This document shows positions 25,058-44,275 of a stretch of DNA of 64,000 nt, one piece after another; the stretch's first letter is position 1; each line of letters opens with the position of its first letter. The stretch is from the human T2T-CHM13v2.0 reference genome, Homo sapiens. Both the position numbers and the translations under genes were made by a program. Under the pieces are notes generated by a model that was not told where the DNA came from, did not search any database, and saw only the letters and a program-made list of their open reading frames with translations. The stretch lies in the NCBI RefSeq assembly GCF_009914755.1, contig NC_060933.1. One strand, written 5' to 3'.

Positions 25058-25463
25058 CCAGGTGACCTGCTTTTAGTCACATGCCCATCACTAGGCTAAG
25101 GGAAAGCAAAAACCTTGACCACTATACCCACTGAGACCTTCAAAAGAAGCATGAATGAATCATGGGAGACCAAAAGACAACAAATGTTCACTATACCAGT
25201 GGGAAAAAAAATCATGAAGTCAAGATTATACAGCCCAATTTTCATTATAAGTATTTCAGCAATTAAACTTTAATTATATTAAATGATTATATGACACAGA
25301 ACTAGGATCTCTTACAAAAGTTTAGATCAGAGTGTCATTGCAATTAAGACCAATGTAGCCAAAAAATAGATTAACACTCTTCAAAGTCACAGGAATAAAA
25401 ACAGGAAGTTTAATGTAATACAAATTGCGTATTCAACCAAAAGGGGTATTTTATTGTTGTTAG

Positions 25464-25598
25464 TTATTCAACATCTTGCCCTGAGAGGACAGGGCCATTA
25501 GCATGTGAATTATTTGATCCGTTCTCCTCTTCCAAAGCTATAATATCTGGAATTTCATCAGTCTCAGATGTCAAGTCTATGGTGGTGAAATCAAACAC
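25464..25598 (-). CDS. PLIN2: Putative alternative terminal coding exon of PLIN2, VFDFTTIDLTSETDEIPDIIALEEENGSNNSHANGPVLSGQDVE*
   Basis: TTCTTCTTTTACAG|G acceptor, 44 open codons plus TAA, AATAAA 8 nt after the stop (25455-25450); in frame with the CTG|GTAGGT donor at 33210/33209 inside exon 8. Confidence 0.7.
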   Translation of the reverse strand: MFDFTTIDLTSETDEIPDIIALEEENGSNNSHANGPVLSGQDVE

Positions 25599-26123
25599 CT
25601 GTAAAAGAAGAATCTTGGATATTGAAACAAACACCGATGAAGTGAGTTGTCAGGTCCATCTGAGCTCATGGAGACTTTAGTGCATGTAGGTGAACCTTGC
25701 TTTGTCCATAGCTGTGCTTTTTGAAAAGATGTTTGTGGTCTTATTCCTGCAATTCCCTCATACTATAAAAGCACTAAGGAAACCTTTTAAAAAGGAAACT
25801 AACTAGTGGTGGAACCTAGTCAATGAAGCTTTTTTAAAAAATACCAGATATAAAGCATTTTTTGTTATTCAACTATTAATCTATTACTTTCTTAAAAACA
25901 ATAATACCCCACTTTTCCATAAGCAAGTGTCTAGGCAAATGTTTAGCAACTGAGGAAACAAAAGGTCTTTTTATGGTTGAAACAGCTATCACAAAACCCT
26001 ACCTCTTCCCTGCACAGGAAAGCCTTTAGGGACAAGAAACTCTATCAAATTTTATTTTATATACAACTTCGATAAGCTAGGTAATGTTTCTTAGCAAACA
26101 ACAGATTAAAACAAGAAAATTAA

Positions 26124-28194
<2,071 letters not shown>

Positions 28195-29273
28195 AATTTT
28201 TACAATTAAAGATGTACTGTGTTAATCAGCAGTTTCATCTGTCAAATTCAACGAAGTATAGGCTGCCTGCCTCTCACCACCAATTAAGAGTATAATTTTC
28301 TAATTCAGTCTTTTCCTTCTGAGCACTCTATTCCTGACTCTCAGCTTAGGATGGTTGGTTAGAAGTCCTTAACCCTCACCAGTCCTAAAAATACGACCTG
28401 GGACTAGCCCAGTGAGGGTCAAGTTGACACCATTTTTTTTTTCAGGAGTTAATAATTTCTAAAACTAAGGTTTTAGAAGTTCAGTTCTAAAGAAGTTCAT
28501 TTTGGGGTGGAGGGAGTGGGGTAGCATCAGAATCTCAAAAGGTAACCAAGAAAGATACCATAAAACAAGTCTTTGGCTTAAGCTGACCTGTAGCCCTATA
28601 TCTTATATAAACCAAATTTTAGCTTTTTCCTTTTCACTTCATTAGTTGTTTTTTTTCCGCAGCCTTGAACTCCTGGGCTCAAGCAATCTTCCTGTCCCAG
28701 CCACCTGAGAAACTGAGACTATAGGTGCATACCACTAGGCCCAGTTTCATTAGTTCTTTAATACCTATAACTGCCTTATCAAAGTGGATGTATTTTCCTA
28801 ACCATGAGCTGGTATTATATACTCACACCTTGAACTGCCAAGTTAAAGATACTACATGTCACTGTCCCACAGATGATGTCCCCATGCCTCTAGCGCAAAT
28901 TTAAAAAGCACACCCCCATCCTCAACACTCACTTCCATCTGTTGAGGCAACATTAACTTAATAGATGAGAAAACTAAGGCTCAGAGATTAATGGCCAATG
29001 CATCATATTCCTTTGCATTTTTGCATAGGACAAACTAGAAAGACTATGTTATCATTACAGGCAAAGGAAAAAACATTCTTGAACACTCCCTGAGGCACAC
29101 CATGCCAGGTTTCATGCAGTCAAATGTTGACGAACCTGCCATGGTTACATACTATGTTAGCCTTAGTCAGTATTTTCCCTCAAAAGAACTGTTTTCTGGA
29201 GGAAAAAAAGTCTGTAAAACCAAAATTTTCTGCCAGTTTATGCAACAATGAAGCTGCAAGATGTGAGAACACA

Positions 29274-32457
<3,184 letters not shown>

Positions 32458-32614
32458 AAGCATCCCATTTTTAACATTAGCCTTCTAATGTTCTCACTCT
32501 GCCAAACTCCCCAACAGGCCAATTGAAATTCATGTATGTATAATAACTCTGTCATGCAGGTTAAGCAGCTCTACGAAAGCAACACACAAAGCATATGGAA
32601 CAAACAGCATGTAA

Positions 32615-33098
32615 CTGGTCTATCCTGCAGTGAATTTTATTGAATTCAAAGGTAGTATTCCTATTTGAGAAATGAAAAACTAAAATCAAGTTTTACAAGC
32701 AAGCATCATGAGATAAAGCAGTGAAGAGGCCTTTTCAGATCACACCAGAGCAGACACCAGTTTCTACCCCAGCCCACATGAAGATGTTTTTATTCAATAC
32801 AAACAGTAACAGAGGCAACACAATGGCCATAGAATGAGAACATAAGTGCATTTGAATTTTTTCTGAGTTCTGGCTATAGGCTCTGACAAGCCTATCATTC
32901 TTTTCTTACCAGGTGAACAGAAATCATCTGCTAATGCCAGAAACTTTAAAGCTCTGAATTCAGCTGGAAACAACTACAATTGAGGGCCTTTATACTAGCT
33001 ACTTGCTTCCCAATTTAGGGTTGCCTAGCAAGTTAATTTCAACATAACAAAAGGTGTCACCTGTCTGGCCACAGCATGCACTAGTGATAGGGGCAGGT
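32615..33098 (-). terminator. PLIN2: PLIN2 3'UTR with two AATAAA signals (32794-32789 and 32641-32636)
   Basis: tttatt on + at both sites; GU-rich element downstream of the distal signal. Confidence 0.85.
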
Positions 33099-33500
33099 TT
33101 AATGAGTTTTATGCTCAGATCGCTGGGTCTCCTGGCTGCTCTTGTCCATCTCTGCACCTTGGTCCTGAGCATTCTGAGACTCAGTCAGCTGAGGATAAAA
33201 GGGACCTACCAGCCAGTTGAGGGGCGTGTTGTTAACAAGATAATCCATCACGTCATCTAAAGATTCCTTCATTTTCTGCAGCTGCCCCTTGCTAGAAGTG
33301 AGGAGGCTGTCAGACACTTCTTTAAAGGAGGCAGCATTGCGGAACACTGAGTAGATGTCGCCTGCCATCACCCCCATGTGCTTGGCTTGATCTTGAATGT
33401 TCTGTGGTACACCTTGGATGTTGGACAGGAGGGTGTGGCACGTGGTCTGGAGCTGCTGAGTCAGGTTGCGGGCAATTGCAAGAGTACGTGACTCAATGTG
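33099..33500 (-). CDS. PLIN2: PLIN2 exon 8 coding part, HIESRTL...EHKTH* (total CDS 1314 nt, 437 aa)
   Basis: ttag| acceptor; ORF track 33099-33377; exon lengths sum to 438 codons. Confidence 0.97.
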   Translation of the reverse strand, partial: HIESRTLAIARNLTQQLQTTCHTLLSNIQGVPQNIQDQAKHMGVMAGDIYSVFRNAASFKEVSDSLLTSSKGQLQKMKESLDDVMDYLVNNTPLNWLVGPFYPQLTESQNAQDQGAEMDKSSQETQRSEHKTH

Positions 33501-33949
33501 CTAAAAATAAAACTTAAAATTAGCAGTGGATCCAACAGTGCTATGTATAAATTAGTTCGATGACAGTAGGCTGGTTATGTGTCCACCACATATGTGGATT
33601 CTTTGGCTTTTAAAAATCCTCATTACAATGCCGAGTGCAGCAGTATTATTCACATTTCATAGATATGAATATAAGCTTAGAGTTTAAGTAGATGGCTTCA
33701 GTTAACAACTGGAAAACAGCTGGGTAGGGATTCGAACTAGTGCCTGAGTCTCCAAAGTTCATCATCTTAAACTGAAGAAACATATTAGGTAGGGGAGACC
33801 CAAAAGAATGGAAATATCCTTCATGTTAGTAGTGTAATGTATATATTCCCTCCTCAAATAAAATGACAAGACATGAACAAACAGTTCATACTGACTTCAG
33901 AGCTTTTGGGACACAAAGAACCACTTTCTAGGACTATAAGAGGATATTT

Positions 33950-34767
<818 letters not shown>

Positions 34768-35171
34768 AATAGTACCTGTATTTATGCCGTTAAACAACAA
34801 CCGGACTTGGCTACTCTGAGTGTACTGCCTATGAGATAGCCCTCTTCTGCAAGGAGCATTAAAAAGGCACAAAATAGGACAGCATGGCTGGCTGTATCCC
34901 CTGTTAGTCTGTACCCATTATGAGGGCAAGGCCTGTGTTTCTCATTTAGTTGTATCTCACTTGGGGCATATGTATACTCGTAGGTTGTTAGATAAAATTA
35001 TTCGCTGCCTAGTTTTGCTTTTCTGCCACATAACTAGCCACCTATGTACATGGTATTGTTCAACCTTTTGATAGAGAAGAGTATTCTAAGACATAGTATG
35101 GAAAAATTGAAATGAAAAGTCTGATAAGAACTTCTTCAGCAACCAACAAATGACCGTCCCAGTCATCTTAC

Positions 35172-35306
35172 CTCAGCACAGTGGGACTCATCAGTATCAT
35201 CATATCCAATGCTCCTTTTCCACTCTACCCATGAGAGGTAGAGCTTATCCTGAGCATCCTGAATTTTCTGATTGGCACTATACACATTCTTCCTGGCAAA
35301 TTCAAT
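35172..35306 (-). CDS. PLIN2: PLIN2 exon 7 (135 nt), [45 protein letters not shown]
   Basis: ctag| and GAG|gtaaga sites, phase 0-0. Confidence 0.96.
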
Positions 35307-36500
35307 CTAGACACATTGAAACAAGACAAAGGAACACACAAGTCAGATATTCACGTTAGCCTGTTTGCAGATGTATGATGTAAATCAGGCAACATAAAAA
35401 CTAAGAATTTCCTGGAGTTGAATAAGATCTATTCCTGCTATCATTATTATTTATTATCAATATGTGTAAATTAACCAAGCAGTAGTAGCTCTTTACTGCC
35501 TCTATTTAACTATTAAATCACTGACTCCACATTTACTTCCAGTTTAGCACAGGTAAAGCAACTAAAAAACTACAAAAAATTTTTTTTGAGTGTCACTCTG
35601 TCACCCAGGCTGAAGTACAGTGGCGCGATCACAGCTCACTGAACCTCCTTCTCGTGCCTTAGCCTACCGAGTAGCTGGGATTACAGGCATACGCCACCAT
35701 GCCCAGCTAATTTTTGTATTTTTAGTAGAGACAGGATTTCACCTTGTTGGCCAGACTGGTCTCGAACTCCTGACCTCAGGTGATCCAACCACCTTGCCCT
35801 CCTAAAGTGCTGGGATTATAGGCATGAGCCACCACGCCCAGCCAGCAACTAAAATTTAATGTGTACATGAGTAAAGGATAAGTTAGAATTAGAAAACAGA
35901 AAGGAATTTGACCTTCCTCTTCCCTGTTGCCAACCACTATTTCCCCTTCTAAGAAGAAATGGTTTTCTCATGGCAGTACAGAATGGTACATACTGTTCTT
36001 TAACTTGGAAACCTTTAATGGCTACACAGTAGTCTATTGTGATATATCAATTTAATTAGTCCTGTTAGTGGATGTGCATTGTTATAGTCTCTTGCAACTT
36101 TAAACAAATATACACATCTGTAAGATAAAAAGTAAAACAGCTCCAAGTGTAGGTATGCTTGTAACTTTACTAAAACTGTCTCTTGAATCAGTCCCTTAGA
36201 GCAAGAGCTGCACAAGTGTGGTTCTTTCTCTACACCGTTGCCAACAGCCACATTTCCCGTGTGGCAGGACAAGAGAGATGTCAGTATTTGACCCCTCAGA
36301 GCGAGATTAGCATTGCTTCCTATATTTCAACTAGTTATACTTCCTTTTTCTGTGAGCTGTCTCCATATTCTTTGTCCAGTTTTCTATTGGGTTGTTTGTC
36401 AACTAAGAATGAAATTCTTGGATTTTGTGATTACATTTAATTCTTGGGCCTAGAGATAAATGAACCCACTTCAGACACCTTAAAATAAAGTTTTACTCAC

Positions 36501-36682
36501 CAGGTGAACAGTAGAATGGAGCTGAGGAATGGTCTGTTGGCTTTTTTGCTTAGCTTCTTTAACCCTGCTGAGAGCCTGCTGGTAGGCACGGGAGTGAAGC
36601 TTGGTAGACAGGGATCCCAGTCTAACATAATAACTTGGCTTCTGAACCAGATCAAATCCTTCAACTTTTTTTGCTTCTTTTT
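36501..36682 (-). CDS. PLIN2: PLIN2 exon 6 (182 nt), [61 protein letters not shown]
   Basis: tcag| and CTG|gtgagt sites; cumulative 777 nt; codon 251 is CCT. Confidence 0.96.
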
Positions 36683-37421
36683 CTGAAGTTAGAAATAAGA
36701 GACAAAAAAACTTAAGGGATCACAGTGACAAGTGATAAGGCCTGGACTCTAACCTGGGTCTTGACTTTCTTACTTCTACCCAATCACTTAGCAATCATGC
36801 AGTCATTTTTCCAAGACTGCTCACGTCTGCTGCTGGACTTGACTACCCTGAACATATTACTGTATCTGATACACACTGCATGCATCTACACGTTTCTCCC
36901 ACTAGAGTAAACTGCTTTTTTTTTTTTGGAAACAGGTCTTGCTTTGTTGCCCAGGCTGGAGTACAGTGGCACAATTTTGGCTCACTGCAGCCTCAACCTC
37001 CCGAGCTCAACTGATCCTCTCACCTCAGCCTCCCGAGTAGCTAGGACTCTAGGAACAAGCCACCATGCCCAGCTAATTTTTGTGTTTTTTAGGGTTTCGC
37101 CATGTTGCCCAGGCTAATCTCAAACTCCTGAACTCAAGCGATCTGCCTGTCTTAGCCTCCCAAAGTGCTGGGATTGTAGGCATGCATGCACCATTGCTCC
37201 CAGCCTAGAGTGAACTTGAGCGGCATGGTACCTGGCACACATTACCTAATGATGATTCTTTGTAAGGAGGATTTTATAAAGCAATCCATTAAAGACTATC
37301 CATTTACAGAAAATATTTTTCAAGGCCAATTTTTGCTAAAGTTTCAAAACTTACTACGTACGATTCAATGTGAACTTTATGATTGCTTTAGGAAGGAAAA
37401 TCTATAGAGGCAAAAAGATTA

Positions 37422-37541
<120 letters not shown>

Positions 37542-37730
37542 TTAAATTAAAAAGGACTGACTGCAAACAGGCATGAGGATCTTTTGGGGTAGCAGAAGTG
37601 TTCTAAAACTGGATTGCAGTGATGCTTGCACAACTGTGTAAATTTAGACTCAAGATGAGAGTATATGTCAATGAAGCTGTTTAAGAAAGATTTAATATAA
37701 AACAGTATTTCAAGATAAAATTCCAGTTAC

Positions 37731-38016
37731 CTAGTTCTTCCTCAGTGAGAGGGAGGTACTGTTCTACCAACAGCTCTGATTTGGTGAGTGCATTTTCTAC
37801 GCCACTGCTCACGAGCTGCATCATCCGACTCCCCAAGACTGTGTTAATGCTGCCACTGACCACAGACTTGGTCTTCTCCACACTGCCAGTCACTGCCCCT
37901 TTGGTCTTGTCCATCACCCCTGTGATCGTGCTGGCCACAGAATCCTTGGCCCCAGTCACAGTAGTCGTCACAGCATCTTTTGCCCCAGTCACAGCGCCTT
38001 TGGCATTGGCAACAAT
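37731..38016 (-). CDS. PLIN2: PLIN2 exon 5 (286 nt), 11-mer amphipathic repeat region
   Basis: ORF track 37681-37992; 33-nt periodicity (GTGACTGGGGC..) visible in the DNA; acag| and |gtaact sites. Confidence 0.97.
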
Positions 38017-38276
38017 CTGTAAGTAGAAAAGCAGATCCCCTGGCTGGTGAGAAAAATGAGCACAAGGACATACCTAAGGTCTTAACTAAGGCAGCACAGC
38101 TGAAGAGTTAAAGAAGGAATCTAGTCCTCTCACTCTAGCTTTAGGTCTTGGGCAAGTCACTAAGAGTTGATGAGCCTGAATTTCCCTATCAAGTATATCT
38201 GCCCTACCTGCCAATCCTTGGGAATTGCAGGAGGAGCAAATGAAGTAAACAGATATGAAATTTGTCTGTTTGCCAA

Positions 38277-39000
<724 letters not shown>

Positions 39001-39323
39001 TTAAAGAAAATATCCGAAATGGAAAATAACTCTCACCATTAGCACAGTCTCAAGCAATGTAAGTGAAAAATTTAAAAGATTTGCACAAGCATTCTAAAGG
39101 CTATACACTAAACCTACCTATAGTTGTGTACCACATAATATTTTGGTCAGCGATGGACCACTATTCAATGATAGTCCCATAAGATTATAATGAACTGCCC
39201 TATAACAGGTATACTTTTTTTTTTCACTGTACCTTTTCTAGTTTAGATACACGAATACTTATCATTGTGTTACAGTAGTCAGTGTAGTCATGCTGTGCAG
39301 GTTTGTAGCCTAGAAGCAAGCAA

Positions 39324-39430
39324 CAGGCTATATACCATATAGCCTAGGTATATAGCAGGCTATACACCATATAGCCTAGGTATATAGCAGGCTATACACC
39401 ATATAGCCTAGGTATATAGCAGGCTACACC
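39324..39430. repeat. 32-bp tandem repeat, 3.3 copies (CAGGCTATAYACCATATAGCCTAGGTATATAG)
   Basis: Units start at 39324, 39356 and 39388; units 2 and 3 are identical. Confidence 0.92.
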
Positions 39431-39691
39431 ACAAGTCCCTAACCCCCGGGCCATGGACCATTACCAGTCCATTACCAGTCCATTACCAGTCAGAGGCGGC
39501 ATTAGATTCTCATAGGAGACCTAACCCTAACCCTCTTGTGAACTGTGCACGTGCATGCTCCTTATGAGAATCTAATGATAAATATAGTGCACTTGAATCA
39601 TCCCAAAAACACCACCCACCCCCTGCTGGTCCATGGAAAAACTGTCTTCCATGGAACCAGTTCCTGGTGCCATAAAGCTTGGGGACCACTG
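39430..39691 (-). mobile_element. MER1A-like hAT element nested in Tigger3
   Basis: TTGGGGACCACTG terminus, CATTAGATTCTCATAGGAG core, 8-bp near-TSD GGCTACAC/GGCTCTAC. Confidence 0.78.
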
Positions 39692-40347
39692 GGCTCTACC
39701 ATCTAGGTTGGTGTGAGTATACTCTGTGATGTTCACACAATGGCAAAATCACCTAATGTGCATTTCTCAAAATATATTCCCATCACTAAGTGACAGATGA
39801 CTGTATTTAGATTATGAAAAGACACAGAGCTATATTTTTCCCTAACTGGTATCCTTTTGTGCCATTCTGTATTCTTAATTTGAAACAAAATTTTAGGACA
39901 TTATCTGAACCAAAGGATCACCAGGACAGACAAGCCTATCATTTTTGTCAACACTGGCTAGCTATCCCATATGGATGGTAGTTCCTGGCAGCATTGTACA
40001 AGCCAGGTGAGAAAAGGTTATATATATCACGTCTGCATTTATTTAATACCACAAGACAATCAGTTACTTGAGACAGCAATTTCATTTATAGGAGCAAAGA
40101 CACAAACTGATAGACAACACACTAAAAGTTTTCTAATCCAAAGGAGGCTAGTTCTTCTCTGCTTCGTAGATACAACTTGACAACAGTTCAGGAAGTAAGG
40201 AAGTGGCCATTATTTTTCAAACATACATCCAGATCCAGGTTGGGAAAACAAGTATTTGCCTGTTTGTGATATGTACAGCTTGTTTTAACAGATAGAAGAT
40301 GAAAACATGTGAAGTGTCAAGTCTCAGCACTTTTGTCCCAAGCTCAC

Positions 40348-40430
40348 CTGAGTTGATGGCTGATTCAGAATAGGCAGTCTCTCCTCAATCCTGTCTAGCC
40401 CCTTACAGGCATAGGTATTGGCAACTGCAA
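40348..40430 (-). CDS. PLIN2: PLIN2 exon 4 (83 nt), [28 protein letters not shown]
   Basis: ctag| and CAG|gtgagc sites; conserved PAT motif ACKGLD..EE.LP. Confidence 0.96.
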
Positions 40431-40521
40431 CTAGAATCACAAATGGGAAAATGTTAATGTAGTACTATAGGTATAGAATGAACACACATTACCATAGGCC
40501 TTATAAAAAATGGCAATAATG

Positions 40522-40817
40522 GGCTGGGCACGGTGGCTCACGCCTGTAATCCCAGCACTTTGGGAGGCTGAGGCAGGCGGATCACGAGGTCAAGAGATCG
40601 AGACCATCCTGGCCAACATGGTGAAACCCCGTCTCTACTAAAAATACAAAAATTAGCTGGGCGTGATGGTGTGCGCCTGTAGTCCCAGCTACTCAGGAGG
40701 CTGAGGCAGGAGAATCGCTTGAACTCAGGAAGCAGGGGTTCCAGTGAGCCAAGATGCATCATTGCACTCCAGCCTGGGTGACAGAGCAAGACTCCATCTC
40801 AAAAAAAAAAAAAAAAG
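40522..40817 (+). mobile_element. AluSc-like element
   Basis: Alu consensus match. Confidence 0.88.
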
Positions 40818-41384
40818 GCAAGAATGTTGATCTTATACAACAGAAGGCATTGCCTGGTTTATCTAGTTCTGACAGGAAGAGGCCTGGCAAGTTGCTGGCA
40901 ACTCTCTTCTAAAGGTAAGGAAATATGGGGGTGTGAGGGAGGAGCAGGCAGAGGCAGTGACAGGCCAAACAGGAAGCTGGCTCTGAAGCTTCTTCCTAAT
41001 CAACTGGCCCCTAATGTTAATGCCAAGAGTAGCCGGGCTTTCCCTGAACTGTCATTCAGAGAATAAGGTATCTGGAAACTCTCTCAAAATCGGCATTCCC
41101 ATGCTAGTTTAATCCCTACCTACGCTTACTTCAGCACAGGTCAGTGTATTTGGGGTCCTCAGGAGGAAAGAGTATGCCAAGACCACCCTGGATCTCCCTA
41201 ACAAGGGAGATTTTAGTGTGAGCTTCCCACTAAGAATACCAAACCAAGTACTAGTACCAAATTCATTTAGGAAGTAGCAGAGTTGGAATGGCTGGTCTCT
41301 AAAGGCTCCTTATAATCCTAAAAGTCCCTGGCTTAACCATTTGAAAGAATGATTTAAATCTTTATTCAAAAGCAGTTCATGTTG

Positions 41385-41920
41385 TGGAGAAATTGGAGCC
41401 TCCATACAGTGTTGGTGGGAATGTAAAATGGTACAGCTGATTTGGAAAACAGTCTGGCAGCTCCTCAAAAGCTTAAACAGTTATTATATAACCCAGCAAT
41501 TCCACTCCTGGGTATATACCAAAAAAACCTGAAAACATGTCCACACAAAAACTTGTATACAAATGTTCACAGAAGCATTATACATAATCTCCAAAAGTAG
41601 AACGAACCCAAACATCCATCAGTTGAAGAATGAATAAATATTGTCTGTCTAGACAGTAAATTACTATTCAACAATAAAAAGAGATGAAGTACTGATATGA
41701 TGTGACAAGACAGATTAACTTTGAAAACATTATGCTTAACGAAAGAAGCCAATCACAAAAAAACCCACACATTTTATGATTTCATTTATAAGAAATATCC
41801 AGCATAGGCAAATCTATAAAGACAAAGTAGATGAGTAGCTGCCTCAGGGTGGTTGTTAGGAAATGGGGAGTGACTACTAAGTATGAGAGTATGAGATTTC
41901 TCATGGAGTATGACATTTCT
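41385..41920 (+). mobile_element. L1MB/L1M 3' fragment
   Basis: CCCAGCAATTCCACTCCTGGGTATATACC and L1M 3'UTR motifs. Confidence 0.8.
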
Positions 41921-42054
41921 ATTCTTTATTTCGGTAAAATATACATAACAAATTTCACCATTTCAACCATTTTTAACTGTGCAATTCAGTGGCATTAAGT
42001 CCATTTACAACATTATACAACCATCACCACTATCCATTTCTAAAACTCATTCAT

Positions 42055-42777
<723 letters not shown>

Positions 42778-42897
42778 CTAGGTAAAGGCAGTGTATGCCC
42801 CAGGAAGGGCTGAGGAGTTCCAGATGTTACTGCTGTGAGCTCAGGGGCTCGCCACTGACCAGTCCCTTGACTTGCATCTTGAAAAATCAGAACTCAC

Positions 42898-43093
42898 TTT
42901 GCGGCTCTAGCTTCTGGATGATGGGCAGAGCACTGGTCATGGCCACGGAGGTGATGGTCTTCACACCGTTCTCTGCCATCTCACACACAGACTTCAGGTA
43001 GGGATACTGGTCCTTTGTACTGAGATAGGCTGAGGACATGAGGTCATACGTGGAGCTCACCAAGGGCAGGTTGACCACCCGAGTCACCACACT
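42898..43093 (-). CDS. PLIN2: PLIN2 exon 3 (196 nt), PAT domain, [21 protein letters not shown]...IQKLEPQ
   Basis: ORF track 42887-43099; gcag| and |gtgagt splice sites. Confidence 0.97.
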
Positions 43094-43180
43094 CTGCAAT
43101 CAAAGTAGGGAGGGTATGCTTATTAATCTCTCAAAACACAAAAGGAGAGAAAGTAGACAAAGGCTACTCAAAATTCATAC

Positions 43181-43210
43181 CGGTTGTGGATCAACTGCAA
43201 CGGATGCCAT
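43181..43210 (-). CDS. PLIN2: PLIN2 exon 2 coding part, MASVAVDPQP (whole exon 43232-43181)
   Basis: AAAATGG start context, CCG|gtatga donor; recognised perilipin-2 N-terminus. Confidence 0.95.
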
Positions 43211-43543
43211 TTTTCTTCCTGGAGAAAGAAATCTGCAGAAAAGAGACTTATTTCAGAACACTGGGATAAGACTCTCCCAAATTCATTCCCCAACCCAAGC
43301 AAATGCTGATTACAAGTAGAGAAAAATGCAGGGTGAGCTCCCTGTAGTCTTCTGCACTTCTTTCCTCTCTCCAGCTCTCCAGGTCCCCCTCCTGAAAGAC
43401 CCACACCCACACAACCCCACTCCCTCTTTTGAGGCAAAGTTTCAGAGCTTATGTGTAAACTTGCAATACTCAGGAGGGAGAAGTAAAGTTGTTGACATAC
43501 TTCTCTTGTTTCTCCGAGTATCTGTTAACAAAAATGCTAGCCA

Positions 43544-43833
43544 AGCCGGACGCGGTGGCTCACGCCTGTAATCCCAGCACTTTGGGAGGCCGAGGGGGGT
43601 GGACTGCTTGATGTCAGGAGTTCAAGACCAGCCTGACCAACGTGGTGAAACCCCGTCTCTTCTAAAAATACAAAAATTAGCCGGGCGTGGTGGCGGGCGC
43701 CTGTTATCCCAGCTGCTCTGGAGGCTGAGGCAGGAGAATCGCTTGAACCCGGGAGGCGGAGGTTGCAGTGAGCCTAGATGGCGTCACTGCACTCCAGCCT
43801 GGGCGACAGAGCGAGACTCCGTCAAAAAAAAAA
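43544..43833 (+). mobile_element. CpG-rich AluS in PLIN2 intron 1
   Basis: Alu consensus match. Confidence 0.88.
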
Positions 43834-44202
43834 TGCGGTTTTCTAACGCGTTTCCCTTTCGATAATGTCCCTTCGACAAATATTGTTTTCCCACAACCAC
43901 CCAAGCAGGCCAAGGGACATTCGATAGCAATCGCCCTAAATCTGTTGGCAGGAAAGAAGCCTCAACGCACAAAGGCAAGGGTCGAAAGCGCGGGTTCAGC
44001 AGACCGCCCCTACCCAGCCAGGACCTGGAAGCCGCGAGGCGAGCGGGGGGTCTCGGACCATCACCCCCGCGTCCCGTCCACCTTTGAGCCCCGCGGGGAG
44101 CAGAGCAGCGGTCCCAAGGCCCCGGGGAGCCCCCCACCCCAACTGGGCGCCGCTGGGGGCCCGGGACCGGTTCGCTGGGGCACCCACTGGGCGCGCACTC
44201 AC

Positions 44203-44275
44203 CGACGGACTGCAGCGAAAGGCGAAGAGCAGGCGCGTCCCGAAGACGACTCCGGCTGCCACGACCCGGTCAAAG
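44203..44275 (-). other. PLIN2: PLIN2 exon 1 (non-coding; TSS approximate)
   Basis: TCG|GTGAGT donor at 44202; TATA-like TTTATAG about 25-30 nt upstream (44305-44299); CpG island. Confidence 0.8.

Larger units (their letters stand above)
39121..39803 (-). mobile_element. Tigger3/MER7-type DNA transposon with TA TSD, interrupted by MER1
   Basis: GTCCCATAAGATTATAAT, CTGTACCTTTTCTA and ATGACTG|TA termini. Confidence 0.78.

Noticed and set aside
39324-39430. CRISPR-like appearance of the 32-bp palindromic repeats
   Set aside because: The units are contiguous with no spacers, in eukaryotic DNA inside a Tigger fossil.
39520-39534. CCTAACCCTAACCCT telomere-like sequence
   Set aside because: Only about two units; explained by a 6-bp slip within MER1.
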